From IMG/VR virus record IMGVR_UViG_3300024346_000004: a DNA stretch of 64,000 bases; one strand, given 5' to 3'. The DNA is from a virus (Duplodnaviria; Caudoviricetes). A program made the translations under genes and the position numbers. This document shows, one piece after another, positions 1-8,366 of this stretch; position 1 is the first letter of the stretch, and each line of letters begins with the position of its first letter. The notes under the pieces were generated by a model. The model had not been told where the DNA came from and ran no database searches. It worked only from the letters and a program-made list of their open reading frames with translations.

Positions 1-441
1 ATGCGCCCATCGTCCGAGATTAGGAAACCAGAAATAAGCGATATCACCTACTTGTACTCTTGTTCTTCGCAATTCAATATCTGCTCTACGAATAAAATGT
101 CCTTCTGATTGAGCCCACTTGACAGATACAGTACAGGATCCAGTTCTAGGAAATTCTTTAGGAATATTGATAATTAGGGTATGAGCAGCTTTGATTAATC
201 TATACACAACAAAAGCTTGACACCATGGATTACCTGCACCTAAAAATACTGCTTTAAGATATTGAAGAACCCATTTGCCTCTGTTATTGCCTTCTTCTCT
301 TACATCTAGAACATCATCTCTCATACAATCTTCTGCAGCTTTTTTGGCTACTGGTCCTGGAGTTTTGATAGCTAGGGCAGACACATCATCAAATTTGTCT
401 GTTGATAATAATTTCCATGTAAATTCTGAAATTTTGTTCAT
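1..441 (-). CDS. CHAP-domain amidase/endolysin (3' end runs off window)
   Basis: Not in ORF track. Manual translation from ATG at 441 (ATGA overlap with the upstream gene) is open to position 1: ...DVREEGNNRGKWVLQYL...GNPWCQAFV...VGDIAYFWF...WAH, matching the CHAP catalytic Cys (PWC) and His. Confidence 0.8.
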   Translation of the reverse strand, partial: MNKISEFTWKLLSTDKFDDVSALAIKTPGPVAKKAAEDCMRDDVLDVREEGNNRGKWVLQYLKAVFLGAGNPWCQAFVVYRLIKAAHTLIINIPKEFPRTGSCTVSVKWAQSEGHFIRRADIELRRTRVQVGDIAYFWFPNLGRWAH

Positions 442-647
442 TTTTGCTTTACCTCAACTTTATTAATATTTTTGATTGTATTATCTTTCATGTCTTCGTT
501 TGGTGTAGTTGATAATACTTTGATACCATCTATTTTATCTAAAAACTTCATAAGATCTAAACATTCAGATCCTTGAGTTCCGTGAGGGGTGACTAAGATT
601 TTTCCATCTTTCCCCACAGTAATTTCCAATTCTACTTCTTTACTCAT
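438..647 (-). CDS. DUF2997-family small protein
   Basis: ITVGKDGKI...G.QG.EC motif; adjacent to a DUF1257-like gene, the usual pairing. Confidence 0.65.
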   Translation of the reverse strand: MSKEVELEITVGKDGKILVTPHGTQGSECLDLMKFLDKIDGIKVLSTTPNEDMKDNTIKNINKVEVKQK

Positions 648-1075
648 TAGATTATTTTCCTAACTTTCAATGTCATATCAGTCATTTGTCTCTTTTTAAA
701 CTCTTCTTCAGCGATATTTACTTTGATTTTAAAACCATTCTTTTTTAATACAGCTTCAATAGCTTCTTTTGCATAAGCTTGAATAACTCTAAAATCAATT
801 AATAATCTTTTATCATATTCTGAGCAAATCATGTCATATTTTTTAGATTCTTCGTTCCAGATAAAACCTATATCGTTAGAAGCTCCAGTAAACATAGAAT
901 TGATTTGATCTCTTCCTACGACTATTGTTGCTTTTTCAGGTCTTTGTTTACCCATATAGTCTGTTAAGTGTACAGGGTCATCATGTGTGGAAGCTTCGAA
1001 TCCTAATAATGATAAAGCTTTAAGTAAAATATCTTTATCAACAAAATCACATTCTATTTTTTTATAAGCAGACAT
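647..1075 (-). CDS. DUF1257/Ycf35-family protein
   Basis: MSAY..I...F.D..IL.KAL..LGF...SNDIGFIWN....YDMI...Y pattern. Confidence 0.7.
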   Translation of the reverse strand: MSAYKKIECDFVDKDILLKALSLLGFEASTHDDPVHLTDYMGKQRPEKATIVVGRDQINSMFTGASNDIGFIWNEESKKYDMICSEYDKRLLIDFRVIQAYAKEAIEAVLKKNGFKIKVNIAEEEFKKRQMTDMTLKVRKII

Positions 1076-1077
1076 AA

Positions 1078-1449
1078 TTATCCAAATTTCGGCATAAATT
1101 TTGTTATTGGTCTATGGCAACAAGGGCAGAACCAAAGATTACTTCTTATTTCTATTGGTAAATCTTGTGGTGCTTCTTTTACATCTTCGGTTTTTAGTAG
1201 TTTTTTGCCATCTAAAGTCGGTTCGCCAAGACTATCTAAACCATCTTCTCCAGCAAAGCAATATTTACATCCTAATGCAATCATATTACCTTCGTCAGAT
1301 TTAAAAATACATAAGGTTGTTTTATTATCTACATGTAATCTTGACCAATCAAAATCCTTAGGGAAATATTCAAGTAATTTATTAATTAACTTTTCACCAA
1401 GAATCTTAGGATCTAGGTTTATTTTAGAGTTCATCGTCTGTCTCTTCAT
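1078..1449 (-). CDS. hypothetical protein, possible zinc ribbon
   Basis: Two Cys pairs (CKYC, CPCC); same-strand operon context. Confidence 0.5.
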   Translation of the reverse strand: MKRQTMNSKINLDPKILGEKLINKLLEYFPKDFDWSRLHVDNKTTLCIFKSDEGNMIALGCKYCFAGEDGLDSLGEPTLDGKKLLKTEDVKEAPQDLPIEIRSNLWFCPCCHRPITKFMPKFG

Positions 1450-1723
1450 GATTATATGAATGTTCTATCCATACACTAACATCAGATAAACATTCTCGTA
1501 GCTTCATAATGGTCAGTAGATTCATAGCTTCTGATTGAGTTAAATCTTTTGCAATATTATAAGATTCAATTAGAAGGTCAGTGGAAGTTATTGTGTCATA
1601 TATCAATGAATGGATATCTGCGGAATCAAATGTTTTCAATTGTTGTTTCTTATATAATAATAACTCTTCGTGAGATATTTCTAGTTCATCCATATCAGAT
1701 TTGTACAAAGAAAAAAAGGACAT
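1424..1723 (-). CDS. hypothetical protein (likely true start 1693)
   Basis: ORF track; TACAAA box lies just upstream of the ATG at 1693. Confidence 0.5.
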   Translation of the reverse strand: MSFFSLYKSDMDELEISHEELLLYKKQQLKTFDSADIHSLIYDTITSTDLLIESYNIAKDLTQSEAMNLLTIMKLRECLSDVSVWIEHSYNHEETDDEL

Positions 1724-1729
1724 AAAAAA

Positions 1730-2074
1730 ATGAAGTTCTATAAAACTATATTATTCACTGTTTTACTATTCGCATCCTTAAGTAAATATTCTTATTCACA
1801 AGATATTCCTAAGCCAAAGAAAGAGATCCTAATTAGCATTAATTCAACATATTATAAAAATGCTAAAGAAGTGGTAGAAGGGTTTTTCAAGCAAGCTAAT
1901 ATTAGAAATAAAAGTATTGATTCATCCTTAGAAAAAGTAGATCATAAAAACTTTAGCTTTATCGGTTTTACTGTTGAAGAAACAATGGAATATTTGTCAT
2001 TTAAATATAATATTGTATTTAAGATTCAGTCTATTGGAAAAAATAAAATATATGATGTAGAGGTCAAGAAATGA
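1730..2074 (+). CDS. exported protein, degenerate secretin N0/STN-like domain
   Basis: Sec-type signal peptide (MKFYKTILFTVLLFASL); weak similarity to the next gene (FFKQANIRN vs MFKQAGIKN). Confidence 0.5.
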   Translation: MKFYKTILFTVLLFASLSKYSYSQDIPKPKKEILISINSTYYKNAKEVVEGFFKQANIRNKSIDSSLEKVDHKNFSFIGFTVEETMEYLSFKYNIVFKIQSIGKNKIYDVEVKK

Positions 2075-2562
2075 AAAAACTATTAGCTCTTTTAGCTTGC
2101 TTATGTGCTATTCCATCTTATAGCCAAAATATTACTGTTGATTTAAAAGAAGCACCTATCAGATCAACAATTGAAATGATGTTTAAACAGGCTGGTATTA
2201 AAAATTATGTTATTGATAATTCTGTATCTGGCTTTGTAACATGCACTCTCACAGATATACCATTTGAAAATTCTTTAAAGATAGTGATGAGAGCTTCTAC
2301 AGTTCCTCTTACATATATTAAAGAAAATGATGTATGGATTGTAAAGGCAAGAAGAATTAAAATTGAAGCTAATCCAGATCCAGATTTTGATGCTGGTTTA
2401 TTAATGGCTCAGAAAAATAATTCTATTGCTTGGGAAGTTATTAAGTTTAATCATATCGACCCATTTGATTTACAGAGTATTTTTGGTAATATTTTGTTCA
2501 TCAATCAATTTGGTAGATCTAGAGGGAATGGTAACAACTTTGGTGGTGGTGGTAGAAACTAG
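2071..2562 (+). CDS. exported secretin N-terminal (N0/STN) domain protein without a beta-barrel
   Basis: Signal peptide, then ITVDLKEAPIRSTIEMMFKQAG..YVIDNSVSGFVTCTLTDIPFENSLKIVM as in GspD/PilQ N0; Gly-rich tail. Confidence 0.7.
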   Translation: MKKLLALLACLCAIPSYSQNITVDLKEAPIRSTIEMMFKQAGIKNYVIDNSVSGFVTCTLTDIPFENSLKIVMRASTVPLTYIKENDVWIVKARRIKIEANPDPDFDAGLLMAQKNNSIAWEVIKFNHIDPFDLQSIFGNILFINQFGRSRGNGNNFGGGGRN

Positions 2563-2587
2563 GGTATAATGCACTGAGGTATTAATT

Positions 2588-3112
2588 ATGGGTTTATTTG
2601 ATTTATTCAAGAAGGACGAAGTAGTAGTAGAAACTCCTGACGTTATGACACGACAAGAGGTACTGGATTTCGTTTCAACACATAGAGCTGAAGTGGATTA
2701 TAAGTTTGATCTATTGCTAAAGGACGTAATGGAACAGGTTAAGCGTGTTCCTGTTATGATTGATCCTGCACCAGCTTCTCTAAATCAACAGCAAATCTTA
2801 GATATTATTGTAAATGTTGTTCGCACAGAATCCGTATCCAAGGATGAAATGCTTATGATGAGAGAAGATCTTCTCAAGGCAATGGATGCTAAGATCGCTA
2901 TGTATGATGTTGATGAAGATGCTGAGATGGCTGCGATGATGGATCAGAAGCTTGAACATCTTGAAGTTGTAGCAGAAGATATGGAAGATTCTAAGTTCGC
3001 TAAGGTTTATAATCAAGCTGTAGTAGAGCTCAAGACTATTCCTAATAAGGGTGCAACAGTAGCTTCTGTTCGTAAGTTCTTGATTAATTTTGTAGAACTT
3101 CTCAAGCCTTAA
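2588..3112 (+). CDS. hypothetical helical protein
   Basis: ORF with TATAAT and GAGG upstream and a terminator downstream. Confidence 0.7.
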   Translation: MGLFDLFKKDEVVVETPDVMTRQEVLDFVSTHRAEVDYKFDLLLKDVMEQVKRVPVMIDPAPASLNQQQILDIIVNVVRTESVSKDEMLMMREDLLKAMDAKIAMYDVDEDAEMAAMMDQKLEHLEVVAEDMEDSKFAKVYNQAVVELKTIPNKGATVASVRKFLINFVELLKP

Positions 3113-3120
3113 ACTTTTAC

Positions 3121-3153
3121 AAACCCCTTAGACTATCAAGGTCTAGGGGGTTT
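3121..3153. terminator. intrinsic terminator hairpin
   Basis: aaaccccttagac-loop-gtctagggggttt. Confidence 0.7.
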
Positions 3154-3173
3154 ACTTTATTAAAAATAATAAC

Positions 3174-3713
3174 ATGTTCAAATTTATTTCATTCTATCCA
3201 CAAGTTAATAAAGAAGAAACAATACCTAATAATAATATATTGTGGATGTGTACTTATAAATTACTTGGAGATCAAATTCAGATCCCATTCGAGTTATTAC
3301 ACTTTTTGAATTCTTGTGATTGTCCATTACCTGTAAAGCATTATTTAGAACAAATGGACTATTATGATCTGAATATTGAATTTAACTCTGATTATCAAAA
3401 GCAATATTGTATGTATGATGATGACGATATTATATTAATTGTAAATATCAGAGCTTTACATGTTAACGAAAAGAAACTGAAAATTGACGTTCCATCTACA
3501 TTAGCTACTAAATTACTAACATTGATGAATTTATCAATGGATGGAATTTTACATTCAGAAAAGATGCAAAAGAGAATTCTAACGATGATGGGTGACTCTG
3601 ATGCATCTTTTATATATTCCGATGATGTAATGGAATATTTAGCTTCTTTAGAAGAGCTATGCGAACATTGTATGCTTTATGAATGTAATGTTATGTGGTC
3701 GCAGTCTGAGTAA
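3174..3713 (+). CDS. hypothetical protein, paralog of 43017..43568
   Basis: Colinear similarity, including N-terminal F.P...N[IV]LW and C-terminal L..L[ED].LCxxCxxYExxVM. Confidence 0.65.
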   Translation: MFKFISFYPQVNKEETIPNNNILWMCTYKLLGDQIQIPFELLHFLNSCDCPLPVKHYLEQMDYYDLNIEFNSDYQKQYCMYDDDDIILIVNIRALHVNEKKLKIDVPSTLATKLLTLMNLSMDGILHSEKMQKRILTMMGDSDASFIYSDDVMEYLASLEELCEHCMLYECNVMWSQSE

Positions 3714-4611
3714 GCAAATATCTTTCAGACTCCAAAGCTGCCATACATCCTGAACCTGCTGATGTTATTGCTTGTTTATAATGTTTATCTGCAACATCCC
3801 CGCAAGCAAATAATCCTGGAATATTAGTTTTTGTGTTAACAGTAGAAATATATCCATCAGATTCTACAATGTTAAAATGCTTCACTAATGATGAATTAGG
3901 TATATTTCCAATTGCTACAAAAACACCACTTACTGATAATAATGATTCTTTTTCAAGAACATCATTATGTAGGATCACAGCATTTACTTTATCATCTCCA
4001 ATAATTTGCTTGATTACAGTATTTTCATACACAGTAATATTCTCTGTATTGAAAACCTTATTCACCATAATTTTAGATGCTTTATAGGATGAGGAACGAT
4101 TAATAAGCTGAACAGAAGAACAGATTTTACTAAGATACAAGGCTTCTTCCATAGCAGTATCACCAGCACCCACTACTACTACATTTTTGCCTTTGTAGAA
4201 AAATCCATCACAGGTAGCACAAGATGTAACTCCTCTGCCTAAAAATTCAGACTCTCCAGGCACAGATAACCATTTAGGAGAAGCACCAGTACAAAAAATA
4301 ACAGATTTATATTCTTCAGTAATTCCATCTGATGTTACTAAAAATTTATCACCTTGTTTTTCTAATTCTGAAACATCTTGATAAATCATTCTAGTACCAA
4401 ACCTTAATGCTTGTTGTTCCATTTCATTCATCAAGTCTGGCCCTAAAATCCCATCCTTAAAACCTGGGTAATTTTCTACTTCTGTGGTGTTCATTAATTG
4501 ACCACCTTGCATAAAACCTGTATATAACACTGGACTTAAATTAGCCCTAGAACAATAGATGGCAGCTGTATATCCAGCTGGTCCACTACCAATAATTGCG
4601 ATATTTTCCAT
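3691..4611 (-). CDS. trxB: thioredoxin-disulfide reductase
   Basis: IIGSGPAGYTAA FAD motif, CATCDG redox centre, VVVGAGDTA NADPH motif, GLFACGDV. Confidence 0.96.
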   Translation of the reverse strand: MENIAIIGSGPAGYTAAIYCSRANLSPVLYTGFMQGGQLMNTTEVENYPGFKDGILGPDLMNEMEQQALRFGTRMIYQDVSELEKQGDKFLVTSDGITEEYKSVIFCTGASPKWLSVPGESEFLGRGVTSCATCDGFFYKGKNVVVVGAGDTAMEEALYLSKICSSVQLINRSSSYKASKIMVNKVFNTENITVYENTVIKQIIGDDKVNAVILHNDVLEKESLLSVSGVFVAIGNIPNSSLVKHFNIVESDGYISTVNTKTNIPGLFACGDVADKHYKQAITSAGSGCMAALESERYLLTQTATT

Positions 4612-4618
4612 ACTAAAT

Positions 4619-4627
4619 ATTGTACCA
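4619..4627 (-). promoter_or_regulatory. extended -10 (TG-G-TACAAT) 7 nt before the trxB ATG; leaderless transcript
   Basis: Direct sequence; no SD. Confidence 0.55.
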
Positions 4628-4643
4628 AATTCTTAGCAACAGT

Positions 4644-4668
4644 AGGAAATAATAAGAATAAAGAAGAA
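4644..4668 (+). promoter_or_regulatory. putative phage late promoter AGG-N18-AGAA
   Basis: AGG 34 nt before ATG 4678; motif recurs about 10 times in the window. Confidence 0.65.
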
Positions 4669-4677
4669 CTTTTAGAT

Positions 4678-5118
4678 ATGTGGTATAAAATTGCTCAACA
4701 AAATTTTCAAAATATAGCTGACACAACCTCTCCGACACATGTTTCTGGAGGTGGTAATGCTGGATTTTCTGTCGATTATCCTACAGCACAAAATATTAAA
4801 AAGTCCTTAGATTCACATCAGCCATACCAATTCACTACAACAGATGGTAAAAAATTCTTAGTATTACATGGCAACTATTCTAATGGTGTAGAATATTTTG
4901 ATGTTGGTGGAACTAGTATCGCTGAACAAGATCTAGCACAATGGATGAGAAATAACGGCATGGATCCTACTGTTACACAAATATTAGCTTGTGGAGTAGG
5001 CAATGTTAATCCAGCTACAGGTTTACATCCAGCTATTGATATTACTGGTATAACTAATCTTAGTATCCCTACTACCCCACCAGCCGATACAAATCCAGTT
5101 ATGGTTGGAGTAAGCTAA
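4678..5118 (+). CDS. MWY-leader protein, possible caspase-like (His-Gly/Ala-Cys) peptidase
   Basis: Starts MWYKIAQ; FLVLHG...QILACG dyad pattern. Confidence 0.5.
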   Translation: MWYKIAQQNFQNIADTTSPTHVSGGGNAGFSVDYPTAQNIKKSLDSHQPYQFTTTDGKKFLVLHGNYSNGVEYFDVGGTSIAEQDLAQWMRNNGMDPTVTQILACGVGNVNPATGLHPAIDITGITNLSIPTTPPADTNPVMVGVS

Positions 5119-5798
5119 TGATCGATTACATTACTTTTTATGATAAAAATATTAGAACTTCCAAAAAAGTAAAAGAAATATTCAAATCATTAAGCGAAGA
5201 TCATGATTTCGGACTTGAATTACCAAAATTACCATATTCTCATTCTGCATTAGAGCCTGTTATTGATGCAGCTACAATGAAATTACATCACGACAAACAT
5301 CATAAAAAATATGTAGATAAAATGAATGAGCTTCTTGGTAACAGTGATAAGACTTTAGTTGAATTATTACAAGATCCTAAAGATGTAAAAGATAAAGAAG
5401 CATTTTTAGATAATGCTGGTGGTCATTTTAACCATTCTTATTTCTGGATTACAATGTCCCCTGAAATGAATCAAAAACCATCTGGAAAACTTGCAGATAA
5501 TATTGATAAACAGTTTGGAAGTTTTGATAAGTTTAAAAAAGAATTTATTGAAACGGGAGTCAAGCATTTTGGGTCTGGATGGGTATGGCTTTGTGTTAAT
5601 GATGGTAAATTAAAAATACAAAGTTTTGATAATCAATCTAATCCATACATTGAAAAATGTGGGATTCCTGTTTTGGGATGTGACGTATGGGAACATGCAT
5701 ATTATCTCAAATATCAGAATAATAGAGAGAAATACATTACATCTTGGTTTAAAGTAGTAAATTGGGACTTTATTTCAAAAAAATATAACGGAGAATAA
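5118..5798 (+). CDS. sodA: Mn-type superoxide dismutase with ~30 aa N-terminal extension
   Basis: LPKLPY..ALEP, HHDKHH, NAGGHFNH, GSGWVWL, NQ.NP, DVWEHAYY; GG and Gln residues favour Mn type. Confidence 0.92.
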   Translation: MIDYITFYDKNIRTSKKVKEIFKSLSEDHDFGLELPKLPYSHSALEPVIDAATMKLHHDKHHKKYVDKMNELLGNSDKTLVELLQDPKDVKDKEAFLDNAGGHFNHSYFWITMSPEMNQKPSGKLADNIDKQFGSFDKFKKEFIETGVKHFGSGWVWLCVNDGKLKIQSFDNQSNPYIEKCGIPVLGCDVWEHAYYLKYQNNREKYITSWFKVVNWDFISKKYNGE

Positions 5799-5799
5799 T

Positions 5800-6324
5800 A
5801 TGGATCGTATTGCAACATTAAATAATCTAAACAATGTTATCAATTCTTTAGAATCAAAGGGTAAATATACTTTAGCATCTCAGGTACAAGAAGTATTTGA
5901 AAAAGTAGCTCAAGCAGATATGTCTAGAAAAGATTTTTTATCTAAAGGTGTTAATTGGGCTGCTGGTCTTGGAATGGCCGGTGGTGCTGGGGCTTTAGTT
6001 AAGGACACTATGGACAAAGCTAAGGATAAACAAGATATTCTTAATCAAATGGCAGAACATGGTTATAGATTAGGTATGGGCATGAGAATTAATGTTGCTG
6101 GATCTGGCGTTAGAAATTGGCAAAGATTCCTCAATGACCACTTTGATGGCAGACTAGATGATGATGGACGTTTTGGACAATCTACTATGCTTGTTACTAA
6201 GAACTTCCAAAAAGCTCATGGTATTACTCCAGATGGTGCTGTTGGTCCTGAAACTATGAAAGCAGCATTAAGTCTTCTAGAAGAAAATATGGAAGATTCA
6301 GAAGATCTTCTTGGAATGGAATAA
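5800..6324 (+). CDS. long-leader protein with Tat-like motif and peptidoglycan-binding domain
   Basis: Leader ending EKVAQ; MSRKDFL plus Gly/Ala hydrophobic stretch; VRNWQRFLN...DGRFGQST...FQKAHGITPDGAVGPET (PG_binding_1). Confidence 0.8.
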   Translation: MDRIATLNNLNNVINSLESKGKYTLASQVQEVFEKVAQADMSRKDFLSKGVNWAAGLGMAGGAGALVKDTMDKAKDKQDILNQMAEHGYRLGMGMRINVAGSGVRNWQRFLNDHFDGRLDDDGRFGQSTMLVTKNFQKAHGITPDGAVGPETMKAALSLLEENMEDSEDLLGME

Positions 6325-6326
6325 AG

Positions 6327-6695
6327 ATGAATCTTATTACAAATCTATTAACTTTACATAATCAACTTAAAGTTTATCATTGGCAAACTAGATCTTACGC
6401 TGCTCATATGGCATTTGGTGGAGCTTATGATGCTCTAACATTGCTTATTGATCAATTTATCGAAGTGTTCCAAGGTAAGAATGGTATGTTAAAAGCACAG
6501 AATAACTTTACCATCACTCTTAGAAATCTAAATGGCGATGAAGATGTTACTAAATTCATTGAAGCATTTTTAGATTATCTTATGGGACCTTTAGTAAATG
6601 GTCTAGATACTGCTAAGGATACAGATCTCATGAATATTAGAGATGAAATGTCCGCAGAGCTAAATAAACTGAAATATTTACTTACACTCAGCTAA
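6327..6695 (+). CDS. ferritin/Dps-like four-helix protein (DUF5856-like)
   Basis: QLKVYHWQTRSYAAHMAFG..YD....ID.FIE..QG; NIRDEM...NKLKYLLTL. Confidence 0.8.
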   Translation: MNLITNLLTLHNQLKVYHWQTRSYAAHMAFGGAYDALTLLIDQFIEVFQGKNGMLKAQNNFTITLRNLNGDEDVTKFIEAFLDYLMGPLVNGLDTAKDTDLMNIRDEMSAELNKLKYLLTLS

Positions 6696-6698
6696 AGT

Positions 6699-6722
6699 AA
6701 AGGCCCCATAAAAGGGGCCTTT
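6699..6722. terminator. bidirectional intrinsic terminator
   Basis: aaaggcccc-ataaaa-ggggccttt between convergent genes. Confidence 0.8.
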
Positions 6723-6727
6723 ATTAT

Positions 6728-7108
6728 TTAAAAGTTTCCACAACTTCCACAACCGCTAGAACCTGATGAATCTCCCCCAACGCTAAAAGATTGACCACAG
6801 CCACATCCTTTTTTCATATTAGGATTAGTAACTTTAAATCCATTTTGGTCTTTAATAAAATCAATTTCAGATCCGTTGACTATTTTCATAATATCTGTAT
6901 TGACAACTATTTTGATTTTGTCATCTAAAATAATATCATCAATTTCAGGTACGAATTCTTCTAAGCCTAAATGATACTTATATCCAGCACAACCACCAGC
7001 CGATACACCTAATCTGACACATAATTCCATATCAGGATGTGACTCCATAATAGAAATGATCTCTTCAGATGCTGCTTCGGTAATATTAATTTTTAATTCT
7101 TCTTCCAT
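6728..7108 (-). CDS. iscA: HesB/IscA A-type Fe-S cluster carrier
   Basis: ITEAA, RLGV..GGCAGYKY, NPN...CGCGQSF; extra C-terminal CGSC. Confidence 0.9.
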   Translation of the reverse strand: MEEELKINITEAASEEIISIMESHPDMELCVRLGVSAGGCAGYKYHLGLEEFVPEIDDIILDDKIKIVVNTDIMKIVNGSEIDFIKDQNGFKVTNPNMKKGCGCGQSFSVGGDSSGSSGCGSCGNF

Positions 7109-8366
7109 GCATAAACTCCTGGTATCTAACTACTTCATATTCTTGCAACGAATGACTATAGATATTATCACCAATACAAATAAAACCGATAACATTTGCA
7201 GCTAAAACACTTTCTAAATTAGCTTTACTACATATGACAAAAGGATTCTTCACTGCGCCATATTTTCTTAAAACTAAATATTTTTCTAAATTATTATATT
7301 GTTCCATAAGTGTTTCATTAAGCGTAACTCCTACTTCGAAATTACCACCTAATATATTCAAAACACTATATAAATATTTGATATCAATTTCACTAAAGAA
7401 AAACCAATCAACATCCTTATTATCTAACATTATATTTCTGTATATTGACATACTAGATTTATTACTATATAAATCATTAACTGTATGCTGATTAATCATA
7501 GTAAATTTAGATATAAATTTATAAGGACAAGTTATTTCTTTTCTATCTCTGTTAACTAATGCTTCCCAGTTATGAAGTGTATTAACCGCATCTTCATAAG
7601 TGACATCAAATTCAAGATCTATTAAAGTAGGCTTGATTAATAATCTTTTAAAAGGAGACAATAAGTTAAATTCTTTATTAGAGATACTTATTACTGGTTT
7701 ATTTTTTACATGTAACCAATAGATTAAGTTGTTTGGTAAAGTGATAATCAACTTAGCCTTCTCTGCAAATAAAGCTACACCTTCCGCACTACTGAATTTA
7801 TCCCTCAAATTAATGAAATTAGGGTACTTTATATCATTATATCCCTGATTACCTTGACCGATTAAAATTACTTTGTTATTAGGGAAAAATTCACATACTT
7901 CATTTAAAAATTCTGGCCAATATTTCCATTTATTTTCATCAGGAGTGGAATGATTAGAAGATGGTTGAAATAAAATAAAATCTTCGTAATCTGGTAAATA
8001 TTCATAAGCTCTTGATGAATAATTATATGTGTCTAATAATGATAAATCTTCACCGCCAGATACACTTAATTGAATTGATGTATATTCTCTATCTTGTGGC
8101 AAATTAAAATAAACTTTGTATTCTTTTATTTGTGTTTCTGTTTTCCAAGGAGAACATAGATTTACAAAACTCTGCCAATAAATAGATTCTGCGGGTGTGA
8201 ATAAATAATGCTCACAATTATCAACGAAATCTTGAGCTAAAATAAATTCTTTTAGTTCTGGAAATGGACCTAAAAGAATAATATTTCTAATGTTTCTTCT
8301 TTTAGCATTGGACAGGGAAACAAATACATCTCCCCATCCTCCACCAGTAATACCCCAATTATCCAT
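7086..8366 (-). CDS. GT-B glycosyltransferase, GT9 (heptosyltransferase)-like; paralog of 37780..38985
   Basis: N-terminal GGWGD, ILFQP.S....K.W..W, VILIG, INLRDK...ITLPN. Confidence 0.65.
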   Translation of the reverse strand: MDNWGITGGGWGDVFVSLSNAKRRNIRNIILLGPFPELKEFILAQDFVDNCEHYLFTPAESIYWQSFVNLCSPWKTETQIKEYKVYFNLPQDREYTSIQLSVSGGEDLSLLDTYNYSSRAYEYLPDYEDFILFQPSSNHSTPDENKWKYWPEFLNEVCEFFPNNKVILIGQGNQGYNDIKYPNFINLRDKFSSAEGVALFAEKAKLIITLPNNLIYWLHVKNKPVISISNKEFNLLSPFKRLLIKPTLIDLEFDVTYEDAVNTLHNWEALVNRDRKEITCPYKFISKFTMINQHTVNDLYSNKSSMSIYRNIMLDNKDVDWFFFSEIDIKYLYSVLNILGGNFEVGVTLNETLMEQYNNLEKYLVLRKYGAVKNPFVICSKANLESVLAANVIGFICIGDNIYSHSLQEYEVVRYQEFMHGRRIKN

